A stretch of DNA of 64,000 nucleotides, from assembly GCA_900556975.1 (NCBI GenBank), contig USQZ01000001.1:3197-67196 (forward strand), given 5' to 3'. The notes under the pieces were generated by a model. It was not told the DNA's origin. It was given only the letters and a program-made list of their open reading frames with translations, and did no database searches. Within the stretch, counting starts at the first letter, position 1; each line of letters starts with the position of its first letter. This stretch comes from an uncultured Clostridium sp. (GTDB taxonomy: Bacteria > Bacillota > Clostridia > TANB77 > CAG-508). Below, in pieces: positions 47,845-57,603 of this stretch. The translations under genes were made by a program, and so were the position numbers.

Positions 47845-49614
47845 ATGAAAAAATTAAGTATAAAATTAGTAGTTTTTATTCTTGTAATTTCAATTATATT
47901 TAGTTTTATTCAAATATTTTTTGTAAAATCAGAAGTTCATGCTGCTAATCTTAGCAGTTCATATACCCAATATATAAAGTCTGGAATAAGTGCGTTTCCA
48001 GAGAGTTATCAAAAGAAATTAGCGTATTTAAAATATAATCATCCAAATTGGCAGTTTAAAGCATATTATACGGGAATTGATTGGAATGAACTTACTTCTA
48101 GTTCTGCTGAAAATCAATGTTTAAAAAATACAATGTATAAATCTGCTTTAGTGGATCCATCAATGTTATGTGTTTGTGGTAGAAATGGTGATCCAGGTTA
48201 TTATTGTGCTTCTGCTAAAATGGTTAATTATTATTTAGATCCAAGAAATTTTATGGATGAATCAATGATTTTTCAATTTTTAGATTTAGCTAATGGTGAT
48301 GGTGTTACAAGAGCAGTTGTGGCAAGTGCAACAGCTAATACATATTTATATCAATATGTTGACGATATTATGACAGCTGCTTCGGAAGCTGGAATAAATC
48401 CATTACATATTGTTGCAACTATTTTCCAAGAGCTTGGAAGAACTGGAACGCCAAGAGCTATTTCTGGTACGGTTCCTGGTTATGAAGGATTGTATAATTT
48501 TTATAATTATGGTGCTACAGACGGAAATGGGGCTGTTGAAAGAGGTTTAGCTGAAGCTGGAAGACAAGGCTGGACTTCACCAAGATATGCTTTAATAGAT
48601 GGGGCAAAAAAAGTATTGAAAAATGATTATATTGCAGCAGGCCAAACTACAAAATATTTTTATAAATTTGATGTTGTTGGAAATGAGATTTTAACTGAAA
48701 GTATGGGGCAAAGAACATATGCATTAAAATATTTTTATGGACATCAATATATGACTAATTTAAGAGATCCTTCTAGTCAAGCTGGTTCTTTATATGATAT
48801 TTATGCTGATGGAGAAATATTGAATGAGCAATTAACTTTTTTAATTCCTGTTTATAATAATATGCCTGATGCTACTATTCCTGTTCCAACGTCACTTACA
48901 GCTAATCAACAATCTTTATATTATATAAATAGTATGAAGATTGGAGGAATTAATTTTAGAAAATCTCCAAATGGAGATTCATTGGGATCTGTTTATAAAA
49001 ATACTGTTGTAGAACTTTTGGATAATCAGGGATATTGGTCAAAGGTTAGAATTATTAGAGCTACATCATATGTTCCTGGAGAAAAGAGATGGAATTCTGA
49101 AAGCTTAGAAGGTTATGTTGCTACATCTTATTTAAAGAGTGTGACAGAAGATATTCCGGATTATAGAAATCAAGTTGATATGGGAGATGGTGGAACAAAT
49201 CCAACACCAACCCCTAATCCAGATATAGGTTCATCTGATTTTAAGATTGATGGAGATAGTCTTGTTATGACTCCAGCAACAAATGTAAAGAGTATAAAAG
49301 AGAAATATGCTGGTGCTGTCGTAAAGAAAGCAGATGGTACAGATATTTCAGGAACAGAAGATTCAATTGGAACTGGCATGACAATTACGATTGATGGTAA
49401 GACATATACAGTAGTTAAGTATGGAGATGTTAATGGGGATGGAGCGATAACACCTTCAGATTATGTAAAAATCAAAAATAAAATAATGGGTGCATCTTCT
49501 TTAAATGGAGCGTATGAAAGAGCAGCAGATGTTAATAAAGACGGAACAATATCTCCAGCGGATTATGTAAAAGTTAAAAATCATATAATGCAGGTAAGTA
49601 GTATAACGTTATAA
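47845..49614 (+). CDS. secreted putative peptidoglycan hydrolase (glucosaminidase/GH73-like, tentative) with an SH3b-like domain and a C-terminal type-I dockerin
   Basis: GAGGAGG SD before the ATG at 47845 and a signal peptide. GLYNFYNYGATDG is a glucosaminidase-like segment. The dockerin duplicated F-hand is DVNGDGAITPSDYVKIKNKIMG / DVNKDGTISPADYVKVKNHIM. Confidence 0.6.
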   Translation: MKKLSIKLVVFILVISIIFSFIQIFFVKSEVHAANLSSSYTQYIKSGISAFPESYQKKLAYLKYNHPNWQFKAYYTGIDWNELTSSSAENQCLKNTMYKSALVDPSMLCVCGRNGDPGYYCASAKMVNYYLDPRNFMDESMIFQFLDLANGDGVTRAVVASATANTYLYQYVDDIMTAASEAGINPLHIVATIFQELGRTGTPRAISGTVPGYEGLYNFYNYGATDGNGAVERGLAEAGRQGWTSPRYALIDGAKKVLKNDYIAAGQTTKYFYKFDVVGNEILTESMGQRTYALKYFYGHQYMTNLRDPSSQAGSLYDIYADGEILNEQLTFLIPVYNNMPDATIPVPTSLTANQQSLYYINSMKIGGINFRKSPNGDSLGSVYKNTVVELLDNQGYWSKVRIIRATSYVPGEKRWNSESLEGYVATSYLKSVTEDIPDYRNQVDMGDGGTNPTPTPNPDIGSSDFKIDGDSLVMTPATNVKSIKEKYAGAVVKKADGTDISGTEDSIGTGMTITIDGKTYTVVKYGDVNGDGAITPSDYVKIKNKIMGASSLNGAYERAADVNKDGTISPADYVKVKNHIMQVSSITL

Positions 49615-49641
49615 AAAGTTAATTAGAAAGGAATTTATATA

Positions 49642-51060
49642 ATGAAAAAAGATATTTTAATAAAGACAATATTTATAATTATAGCTATGTTAATTATAAT
49701 GTTATTGATGTCAATTAAGGCAAATGCAGTTTCTTTAAGTATTACTCCTTCGAAGAAGACTGTAGCACCAAATGAAACTTTTACAGTCACAGTTACTCTT
49801 AAAGATGGAGCGGGTTCTATTACTGCTGGTGGAAGAACGGAATGGTTAGATAATTCTTCTTTTACATATTCAGTAACAGCTGGGGCAAGTGGAAGCGTTG
49901 ATTTAAGGGCGTCTGGTGTTGCAGCGGATTATAAAACTGAAGCTGATACACCTGTAACTGCTAGTGCATCAGTAAAAATAGCTTCAAATGGTCCTAACAA
50001 TGGTGGTTCTACTAACAACGGTGGAAATACTAACACAGGAAATGGTGGAACAACAGATTCTGCTCCAACATTAAGTAATTTGGGAATTCGCCCAAATGAT
50101 TTTAGTGGATTTAAGCCTGGTAAAAAAGAGTATTCAGTAACTGTTCCAGCTGATTGTACATCTATTGAAGTATATGCAAGTTCAAAAAATGGAACTGTTT
50201 CAGGTACTGGAACAAAAACACTAAAAAACGGAACTAATAGATTTGATGTTACAGTTACAAATGGCTCTAAAAAAACTACATATACAATTTTAGTTACAAA
50301 GAAAAGCGATGAAGATGGAGAAACACCTCCAAATACAATTGATGAAGAAAATCCAGATGAGACAATACAAGAGGGAATTGGTCTTGCTTCTCTTGAAATT
50401 GAAGGATATACATTAGATAAAGAATTTAAAACAGATGTATATGAATATACTGTTAAAGTTAATAAACAGCTTACATTAGAAGATTTAGAAGCAATAAAAG
50501 AAAAAGTAAAAGCAGTAGCAAATACCGAAAATGTTACAGTTGATATTGCTACGAATGTTTCAGAAGATAAGGTTTCGACAATTGTTATTACTGTAAAAGA
50601 TGAAGAAAAAGAGTATGCTAAGTATGTTGTTACTTTTGAAGTTAAAAAAGAGAATACTAAAGTTGCTGGAATTATAAAGAACAATTCAAATAGTCCAACA
50701 ATAGGAATGTTTGGATTAACAGAGGAACAGCAAATTTATGCTATTTTAGGTGGAATAGGAATTACAACATTTTTAGCTATTGTATTTGCTTGCGTCTCAT
50801 ATGCTAAGAGTAGACGTATTGCAGAATATGAAGAAGATGATGAATATGAAGAAGAAAATTCTGATTTTGAGAAAATGAATCAATATTATATTGGAATGGA
50901 AAATGCTAAAACAGAAGAAGAACCTACTTTAGATAGATCTAGTGAAATAACGAGTGAGCCTTCTATTGCTGAAACAATTGAAGATACTGCAACAAGTTTA
51001 AGAAAAACAAATGGATATAGAAAGTTATCTCGTGGAAGACGTTCTTATGGAAAACATTAA
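49642..51060 (+). CDS. surface protein: signal peptide, Ig-like N-domain, Gly/Asn linker, two cadherin-like beta-sandwich domains, C-terminal TM anchor and acidic tail
   Basis: LSNLGIRPNDFSGFKPGKKEYSVTVPADCTSIEVYA...TYTILVTK and LASLEIEGYTLDKEFKTDVYEYTVKV match the cadherin-like (PF12733-type) pattern. TM segment IYAILGGIGITTFLAIVFACV. Confidence 0.65.
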   Translation: MKKDILIKTIFIIIAMLIIMLLMSIKANAVSLSITPSKKTVAPNETFTVTVTLKDGAGSITAGGRTEWLDNSSFTYSVTAGASGSVDLRASGVAADYKTEADTPVTASASVKIASNGPNNGGSTNNGGNTNTGNGGTTDSAPTLSNLGIRPNDFSGFKPGKKEYSVTVPADCTSIEVYASSKNGTVSGTGTKTLKNGTNRFDVTVTNGSKKTTYTILVTKKSDEDGETPPNTIDEENPDETIQEGIGLASLEIEGYTLDKEFKTDVYEYTVKVNKQLTLEDLEAIKEKVKAVANTENVTVDIATNVSEDKVSTIVITVKDEEKEYAKYVVTFEVKKENTKVAGIIKNNSNSPTIGMFGLTEEQQIYAILGGIGITTFLAIVFACVSYAKSRRIAEYEEDDEYEEENSDFEKMNQYYIGMENAKTEEEPTLDRSSEITSEPSIAETIEDTATSLRKTNGYRKLSRGRRSYGKH

Positions 51061-51065
51061 TATTT

Positions 51066-51093
51066 AAACGGACTGTTATGGTCCGTTTTTTTT
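51066..51093 (+). terminator. intrinsic terminator
   Basis: Hairpin aaacggac/gtccgttt followed by a T-run. Confidence 0.8.
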
Positions 51094-51140
51094 GTGTTAA
51101 ATTTTTATTATTTTTTTATATATTAGGAAGTTCTAAGAAA

Positions 51141-51178
51141 TTTTTTATCATGTAAAAAGTTTTTTATCATGTAAAAAG
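51141..51178. repeat. perfect 19-nt tandem direct repeat (2 copies)
   Basis: ttttttatcatgtaaaaag occurs twice, followed by the hairpin aagcaaagcagag/ctctgctttgctt (51178-51217). Confidence 0.9.
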
Positions 51179-51686
51179 CAAAAGCAGAGACTTAGGGGAA
51201 TCTCTGCTTTGCTTTTAATAATTTTTAGTATTTATATTATCACTTTTTATCTAATATTACATTTTATATATGGCTTATAATTTTGATAATCACGGGGCCA
51301 CGGAGAAAATATCAAAATCAAAACTAAGGCATATTAAAACTCCTTTCTTTTGTGATTTTAGTTAATATTTATATTAACGCATAGCAAGACCATTTTTCTG
51401 AATATAAATAGCTAAAAATTATTATTATATATTTTAATTTGGGGAAGAATTGTATTAGGTAAAATACAATTGGTTAGAAATAAAATACGTTAATAAAATA
51501 TTAACTATTGAGATTATACTATGTGTTTTTATAAATTGCAAGAAATTTCCATTGACAAAAATGGACAATAATCGTCAAATATGCTACGTTAAAAGAAAAA
51601 AGTAAAGTACGATACATGTTGAAAAAAAGCAATGATGTATGCTATAATTTATGCGTAACTTGGTAATGTGCTTTTGAAAGGAGCGT

Positions 51687-52025
51687 ATGCGCATGAAGGA
51701 AATGACATTAAGAGAGTATTTGGAAGTTGCTTGTCCATATTTAGAATGTCACTTGGTTGGTAGAACACCAACTGAGGAAAAAGATTTTTTCAAACGGATA
51801 GCAGAGAAGTATGATCTTGAAAAGGTGTTCAGAGCAAAAGCAAATGAAGACATTTCTTGGTCGAATTTGGCTGAGAAAGAGGTTTTCTATTTCGTAGATG
51901 TTGTTAAAAATGGTCTACGTATTTCAAGAGTTGATCCAGAAATTAAGTTGTTGAAATTTGAATTTGGAAAAAAGGCAGTAATTAAGCTGATGGTTGATAC
52001 CAAAACTGTTCATAGTTTCAAATAG
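51687..52025 (+). CDS. hypothetical protein (about 110 aa) in a moderately higher-GC single-gene cassette
   Basis: Promoter TTGAAA-18-TGnTATAAT (51619-51648). SD AAAGGAG. The ATG is at 51687 or 51693. A terminator hairpin follows (52050-52087). Confidence 0.55.
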   Translation: MRMKEMTLREYLEVACPYLECHLVGRTPTEEKDFFKRIAEKYDLEKVFRAKANEDISWSNLAEKEVFYFVDVVKNGLRISRVDPEIKLLKFEFGKKAVIKLMVDTKTVHSFK

Positions 52026-52220
52026 AACTGCTGGTTCACTTGTGACGAGGAATGTACCTTCAATTTTTTGAGGGTACATTTTTTGTGTACAAATATTTAA
52101 AATAATAAATATAGCTTTTTAAACAAAACGTACATAAAATATACTTTGGGATTTTTACAATGTTTATATTGAAAAAATTTTCTTTTTGAGATATACTGAC
52201 GGTGATGCAAAGGAGAAGTT

Positions 52221-52889
52221 ATGAAAGAGAAAAAAACATTTATTTTAGCGGTTCCAACTTTGATTATATTTGTAGTTGTTGTTATTGGAATTTGTATTAT
52301 TTTTTATAATAGAAATTTTAAGAAGATGACAAAAGATGATGTTAAAATTTTAGCTCAAAAAGTGGCAACTATTAATAATATTTCTTGCGAAGTGCTTACA
52401 GAAAGTAGTGAAGTTGAAATTGCTGGTACTATATCTGATTATAAGTTGTGTAATAACAAATTGGTTAGCAATGTTGATAATTTTAAGATGTATGATGATA
52501 AAAATGAAAAAACATTGTTACAAATAGATGAAAAGCAAAAGATAGTGTATCAGTATAAAGAGTATAACAGTGCGCTTGATGAGTTTGAAACGATGATATG
52601 CTCTGTTGCTAAGTTGCTAGAGAGTGAGGAATATCAGTATGAGTTTAAGAATTATGAGACTGTTAATGGAATAAAATGTGTTTCTTTTTCATTGTCAAAT
52701 GATAGTATAGTATTTGATATTTGGTTGGATAAATCAACTGGAATGATTGTGAAGATGATTTGCCATTATATTGGAGATGGTAGCAATAGTATTGACACAA
52801 CATTAAATTATAGATATCAGCTAAATAATGTTACAGATGAGGATGTTAAAAAACCTGACTTAACAGGTTATACAATTACAGAAATATAA
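52221..52889 (+). CDS. hypothetical N-terminally anchored protein (222 aa)
   Basis: SD AAGGAG, an N-terminal TM segment, no family recognised. Confidence 0.55.
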   Translation: MKEKKTFILAVPTLIIFVVVVIGICIIFYNRNFKKMTKDDVKILAQKVATINNISCEVLTESSEVEIAGTISDYKLCNNKLVSNVDNFKMYDDKNEKTLLQIDEKQKIVYQYKEYNSALDEFETMICSVAKLLESEEYQYEFKNYETVNGIKCVSFSLSNDSIVFDIWLDKSTGMIVKMICHYIGDGSNSIDTTLNYRYQLNNVTDEDVKKPDLTGYTITEI

Positions 52890-52919
52890 GGTGTACAAAT
52901 GAGGAGTGAAAAGTAATTT

Positions 52920-53792
52920 ATGAATGGTTCAAATTATTTGGTTAAATTTTTATATGATGTAGATGTTTTGATATCTGAAATAAATAAGTTTAACAGTAAA
53001 AAACGTTTATATAAAGCCAATTCAGAAAAATTTGGAATAGAGTATGATGTTAGATTTTCAATTTCTCCAGATTATTTTATTAAATTGCGTGATTTTTTAC
53101 AAAAGAAAATAGAACATGAGTGCTGTTATGATAGAAATATTGTTAATGTTAAGAGAGAATTTTCGAGGGAAGTTCCTTACATTAAAACAAAGATTCAAGA
53201 AGAGCTAATTAGGATTAATTATGTTCAAGAAAAAGAAATGAATAAAGTTGTAAGACAAGCTATTTATGATTCAAAGATAGAAAATGAAAATAAGATTATA
53301 AGCAGTTTAGATTGCGAGGATTCTTTGTGGGATAAATTTGTTGGTAGAGCAAAATATAGAAAGCTAGCTATAAAGAATCACGAGTTAAAAAAGAAAGTTA
53401 TAGCTCAAGAATTTGAAAAAGATAACAATGAAAAAAAGACTATTTTTGAATTGGTTAATATGATTGAGAATGAAGAGACTAAAAGCGGTGAGCTTTTGTG
53501 TATACAAGATGAGATGATAAAATTTTTTATGATAGATAGAAATGTTATAAAAAGAGATTCAGCTTCTTCTTGGAAAGTGGCTAATATTGTGCCTACAGGA
53601 TTTTTTAATCAAAGAGCTTATTATAGAATTCTTAATAAAAATTTAGAAGAAAAAAATGTGACTTTGAAAAATAGTTTAAAAGATTCTTCAAAAAATGGTT
53701 TGAGCGAATGTAGTTTTACTAAAGATGGATTAATGAGAATAAATGCAAAACTTGCGAAAATATTAAAAGGAAAAATGGTTATAGATTCATAG
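52920..53792 (+). CDS. hypothetical protein (290 aa)
   Basis: Clean ORF with SD GAGGAG upstream. No family recognised. Confidence 0.5.
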   Translation: MNGSNYLVKFLYDVDVLISEINKFNSKKRLYKANSEKFGIEYDVRFSISPDYFIKLRDFLQKKIEHECCYDRNIVNVKREFSREVPYIKTKIQEELIRINYVQEKEMNKVVRQAIYDSKIENENKIISSLDCEDSLWDKFVGRAKYRKLAIKNHELKKKVIAQEFEKDNNEKKTIFELVNMIENEETKSGELLCIQDEMIKFFMIDRNVIKRDSASSWKVANIVPTGFFNQRAYYRILNKNLEEKNVTLKNSLKDSSKNGLSECSFTKDGLMRINAKLAKILKGKMVIDS

Positions 53793-53806
53793 TAAAGGAT
53801 GGAATA

Positions 53807-54313
53807 ATGGAAGCAATTAAAAAATATTATACGAAGTATGAAGAGGTTATAAAATATTTATTTTGGGGAGTTATGACTACTGTTGTTAATTTTGCTACTT
53901 TTTATTTACTTATTACTATTATAGGAAGTGGTAAAGGTAGTTGGAATGCTTTATTTACTGATTTTAATAGGTATAGAGAGATTATTTCTGATATAGAAAC
54001 ATCAACTTTTATTGGAAATGTTTGCAATATTTCTGCAATTATAGTTTCAATACTTTTTGCTTATGTTACTAATAGGAGTTTTGTTTTTAAAGATAAGGCT
54101 CATGGTAAAAAAGCAATTATGAAAGAAATGACTTCATTTTTTGCTTGTAGAATTTTTACTATGGTTGTTGATACTGCAATTTATTGGATTGGATGTACAA
54201 CTCTTAAGTTCCCAGCTTTGATAGTAAAGATGGTTAGCCAAGTAGTAGTTATAGTTTTAAATTATGTTTTTAGTAAGCTTATTGTTTTTAAGAAAAAAAG
54301 TACTGATAAATAA
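53807..54313 (+). CDS. GtrA family membrane protein
   Basis: 4-TM protein with YVTNRSFVFKDK and NYVFSKLIVFKK, typical of GtrA-like proteins. Confidence 0.75.
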   Translation: MEAIKKYYTKYEEVIKYLFWGVMTTVVNFATFYLLITIIGSGKGSWNALFTDFNRYREIISDIETSTFIGNVCNISAIIVSILFAYVTNRSFVFKDKAHGKKAIMKEMTSFFACRIFTMVVDTAIYWIGCTTLKFPALIVKMVSQVVVIVLNYVFSKLIVFKKKSTDK

Positions 54314-54340
54314 AAGTAGTAAATAGGAAAGAGTGTTTTT

Positions 54341-55069
54341 ATGAATTTTTTTGTACCAAAGGAGTACGTTAGTGAAAATCAGATTGTTATAAAAGGTTCT
54401 GATGTTAATCATATAAAAAATGTTCTAAGACATTCAATTGGTGATGTTTTAGATATTGTTTCTGATAATGTTAAGTATTCTGCAAAAATTATTGAAATAA
54501 GTTCAGATTTTGTAAGATGCGAGATAGAAGATGTACATAAAGAAGATACAACTAATATTAAAATTACAATTTTTCAAGGTTTAGCTAAGGCTGATAAAAT
54601 TGAATATATAATTCAAAAGTGCACAGAGCTTGGAGTGTATGAGATTGTACCTGTTGAGATGAAGCGTTGTGTAGTTAAACTTGATTCAAAAGATAAAGTT
54701 AAGAAAATTGATCGATGGAAGAAAATTGCGGAGGTTGCTGCAAAACAATCTCTTAGAAATGATATTTTAAGAGTTGAAAAGGTTTATTCTTTTGAAGACA
54801 TGGAAAGTTGCTTGAAAAATTATGATTGCGTGATATTAGCTTATGAAAAAGAAAAGGATGTTACATTAAAAAGTTTTCTAAAGAAAATAAATTGTGATTC
54901 TTGCAATATAGCTGTTATTATTGGCCCAGAGGGCGGATTAGATGAGAGTGAAGTTGAAAGATTAGTTGGTCAAGGTGCGATATCTGTTACTCTTGGAAAA
55001 AGAATCTTGAGAACTGAAACTGCACCTGTTGCTATGTCTGCAATTATAATGTATGAGCTTGAATCATAA
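54341..55069 (+). CDS. rsmE: 16S rRNA (uracil1498-N3)-methyltransferase RsmE
   Basis: N-terminal PUA-like domain. SPOUT C-domain with IIGPEGGLDESEV and LGKRILRTETA. Confidence 0.9.
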   Translation: MNFFVPKEYVSENQIVIKGSDVNHIKNVLRHSIGDVLDIVSDNVKYSAKIIEISSDFVRCEIEDVHKEDTTNIKITIFQGLAKADKIEYIIQKCTELGVYEIVPVEMKRCVVKLDSKDKVKKIDRWKKIAEVAAKQSLRNDILRVEKVYSFEDMESCLKNYDCVILAYEKEKDVTLKSFLKKINCDSCNIAVIIGPEGGLDESEVERLVGQGAISVTLGKRILRTETAPVAMSAIIMYELES

Positions 55070-55090
55070 TTAGTAAGAAAGGATTTAAGA

Positions 55091-55999
55091 ATGGAATCAA
55101 CAGATAAAGAAGTAGAAGTAAAAAAAAATATTATCAACAAGATTAAAGTCCCAAAGGAACAAAGAGAAAAAATTTATGTAAAAATTTTTAAAGAATTTGG
55201 TATAGCTATTTTAATTTTTATTTATTTTTTCTTTCTTAACTTAGGATATGTTAGAATTGAATCAAATATTTTTAAAGAAGATTTACATACATTTGCTGGA
55301 ATTTTAGTAATTTCATCAATATTACTTTTTGAAAGTGCGTATAGAAAAGATAGTGATGATATAGCTATACATGGTGTAGAATTATTAATTGTAGCAATTC
55401 TTACTTTGTTTATGCCTTATATATATTTTTATAGAGGTGTTTCATTTAAGTTTTTATATTCGATATCTCCTATTTATATTGCATTTTATTTTTTAGTAAA
55501 ATCGTTTATTATTTATAATATTGAAGTAAGAAAATATAGAGATAGCTTAAGTGATGTTAAAGAAATATTGACTAATAAAGAAAAGTCTTATTTAGATGAG
55601 GAAAATATAAAGAAGTTTGACGAAATAAAATTAGAAAACCAAGAGCGTGTTAAAAAGGCAAATACTAAAAAGAAAATGGCTAAGATGATAAATGATAATA
55701 GAAAAAGAGTTAGAAATGACAAAGATAAAAATATTAAAGAAAATGATCAAAAGAAGAATGAAAGTAAAGAAAAAGTTGAAGCTAAAGGTACTTCTTTTAA
55801 GAAAAGTACAGTAGGAAAAAGTTCTAACGAAAGTGCTGAAGAAAAAGTTGTAAAGAAGACATCTACCAAAACTAAGAAAACTACAATGACTACTACAAAA
55901 AAGAGAGGAAGACCAAGAAAAAATACAAAAAAAGATGTTAAGCCTCTTGCTACGGCAGGAAGAACTAAAAAGAAAGATGGAGATAGTAAAAATGATTAA
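55091..55999 (+). CDS. hypothetical polytopic membrane protein with a long Lys-rich C-terminal tail containing a GRP (AT-hook-like) motif
   Basis: 4-5 TM segments. The tail contains KKRGRPRKNTKK. Confidence 0.55.
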   Translation: MESTDKEVEVKKNIINKIKVPKEQREKIYVKIFKEFGIAILIFIYFFFLNLGYVRIESNIFKEDLHTFAGILVISSILLFESAYRKDSDDIAIHGVELLIVAILTLFMPYIYFYRGVSFKFLYSISPIYIAFYFLVKSFIIYNIEVRKYRDSLSDVKEILTNKEKSYLDEENIKKFDEIKLENQERVKKANTKKKMAKMINDNRKRVRNDKDKNIKENDQKKNESKEKVEAKGTSFKKSTVGKSSNESAEEKVVKKTSTKTKKTTMTTTKKRGRPRKNTKKDVKPLATAGRTKKKDGDSKND

Positions 56000-56870
56000 A
56001 AGTATGACAGGCTTTGGAAGAGCTAGATTTGAGTGCGAAGGAAGAGAATACAGTGTTGAGATTAGATCTGTAAATCATAAATATAGTGATATTTCTATAA
56101 AAATGCCTAGACAGATTTCATATTTGGAGGAGAAAGTTAGAAAAGAAGTTTCTGCTAAAGTTTCTAGAGGAAAAATTGATATTTTTATTACTATGCAAGA
56201 TTATAGTGAAAAAGGAAAAAATATTAAGATAAATAAGGAACTTGCTAAGATTTATATTTCACAATTAAGAGAATTAGCTGAGGAAACTGGAATTTCAGCT
56301 AACATTGATGTTATTGATATTTCAAAGTTTCCAGAGGTTTTAAGTATTTCTGATGAAGACAATGAAGAGCTTTATTGGAGCGAGTTATCACAGGTTTTGA
56401 ATATTGCTTTAGATAACTTTGTTTCAATGAGAGAAGTTGAAGGAAGTAAAATATGTGAGGATTTAAAAGTTAGAATTGACCGTATTCAGAAAAAAGTTTC
56501 TGAGATTTCTTCGTATTCTGCTGGACTTGTGGACGAATATATAGTAAAATTAAAAGGAAGAGTAAAAGAACTAATGAATACAGATATTATAGATGAGAAT
56601 AGATTAGCACAAGAAATTGTGATTTTTTCTGATAAGTCATCTATACAGGAAGAGCTAACAAGATTAAATAGTCATATATCTCAATTTTTGAGTTTAATTC
56701 AATCTGGTGCATCTCCAGTTGGTAAGAAATTTGATTTTATTATTCAGGAGATGAATAGAGAAGTTAATACTATTGGATCAAAGGCTAATAGTACGGATAT
56801 TTCAAAATGTGTAATTGAATTAAAAACTGAAATTGAAGATGTTAGGGAACAAATTCAAAATATTGAGTAG
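55992..56870 (+). CDS. YicC/YloC family endoribonuclease-like protein
   Basis: [12 protein letters not shown]-terminus and a C-terminal DUF1732-like region ([17 protein letters not shown]). It overlaps the previous gene by 8 nt. Confidence 0.9.
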   Translation: MIKSMTGFGRARFECEGREYSVEIRSVNHKYSDISIKMPRQISYLEEKVRKEVSAKVSRGKIDIFITMQDYSEKGKNIKINKELAKIYISQLRELAEETGISANIDVIDISKFPEVLSISDEDNEELYWSELSQVLNIALDNFVSMREVEGSKICEDLKVRIDRIQKKVSEISSYSAGLVDEYIVKLKGRVKELMNTDIIDENRLAQEIVIFSDKSSIQEELTRLNSHISQFLSLIQSGASPVGKKFDFIIQEMNREVNTIGSKANSTDISKCVIELKTEIEDVREQIQNIE

Positions 56871-56884
56871 AAAGGAAGATGCTT

Positions 56885-57133
56885 ATGCAACTAATTAACA
56901 TCGGTTTTGGAAATATAGTTTCTGCAAATAGAATAATCTCTATAGTGAGTCCTGAATCTGCACCAATAAAAAGATTGGTTCAAGAAGCAAAAGACTCAAA
57001 GATGGCAATTGATGCTACGTACGGAAGAAGAACAAGAGCTGTTATTATTATGGATTCGGGACATATTATTTTATCAGCTGTCCAACCAGAAACAGTAGCA
57101 GGTAGATTAGATAAAGATGTAGTTGAAGAATAG
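56885..57133 (+). CDS. remA: RemA/YlzA (DUF370) family regulator
   Basis: [35 protein letters not shown]. Confidence 0.9.
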   Translation: MQLINIGFGNIVSANRIISIVSPESAPIKRLVQEAKDSKMAIDATYGRRTRAVIIMDSGHIILSAVQPETVAGRLDKDVVEE

Positions 57134-57159
57134 ATTAATTTGTAAGGAGGCGTATTATT

Positions 57160-57438
57160 ATGATGGTAAAACCTACAGTAAATGAATTACTAGAAAAAAT
57201 AGATGATAGATATCGTTTAGTTCTAGTAACTTCAAAAAGAGCAAGACAATTAGCAGAAGGTGCTGAACCTTTAACTGATAAACATGAAGAAAGTTTTGTA
57301 ACTCTTGCTGCGCAAGAAATTGCTGAGGGAAAAGTTACAGCAGTTGATGATGGAAATTCTGAGGATGATGACGAAGAAAATATTGATGAACCTGATATTG
57401 AAGCTAATATCGAAGTTGAAAATCCAACAAGAAAATAA
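57160..57438 (+). CDS. rpoZ: DNA-directed RNA polymerase subunit omega with an acidic C-terminal tail
   Basis: PTVNELLEKIDDRYRLVLVTSKRARQL. Confidence 0.9.
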   Translation: MMVKPTVNELLEKIDDRYRLVLVTSKRARQLAEGAEPLTDKHEESFVTLAAQEIAEGKVTAVDDGNSEDDDEENIDEPDIEANIEVENPTRK

Positions 57439-57603
57439 TTAAAAAATAGCGTATTTTGTTATGAATACGCTAATTTTTTCTATTATAAGAATAACTTGTA
57501 TAAAATTTGCTTGCAATTTTATATATAAATAAGGATGCAAACTTAAAAAGTTATGATGAAAAAATGTTCTAATAGGAAAGTATTAAATAAAGGAGGAAGT
57601 GAA

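Noticed and set aside
51141-51178. Possible CRISPR or iteron array
   Set aside because: There are only two contiguous copies of a 19-mer with no spacers and no cas genes. No CRISPR-like array occurs anywhere in the window.
51290-51350. Minus-strand SD (AAAGGAG) followed by ATG CCT TAG, and a possible 24-codon TTG ORF just downstream
   Set aside because: A two-codon ORF is not a gene, and the TTG ORF is too far (about 18 nt) from the SD. It is retained only as a detail of the spacer finding.
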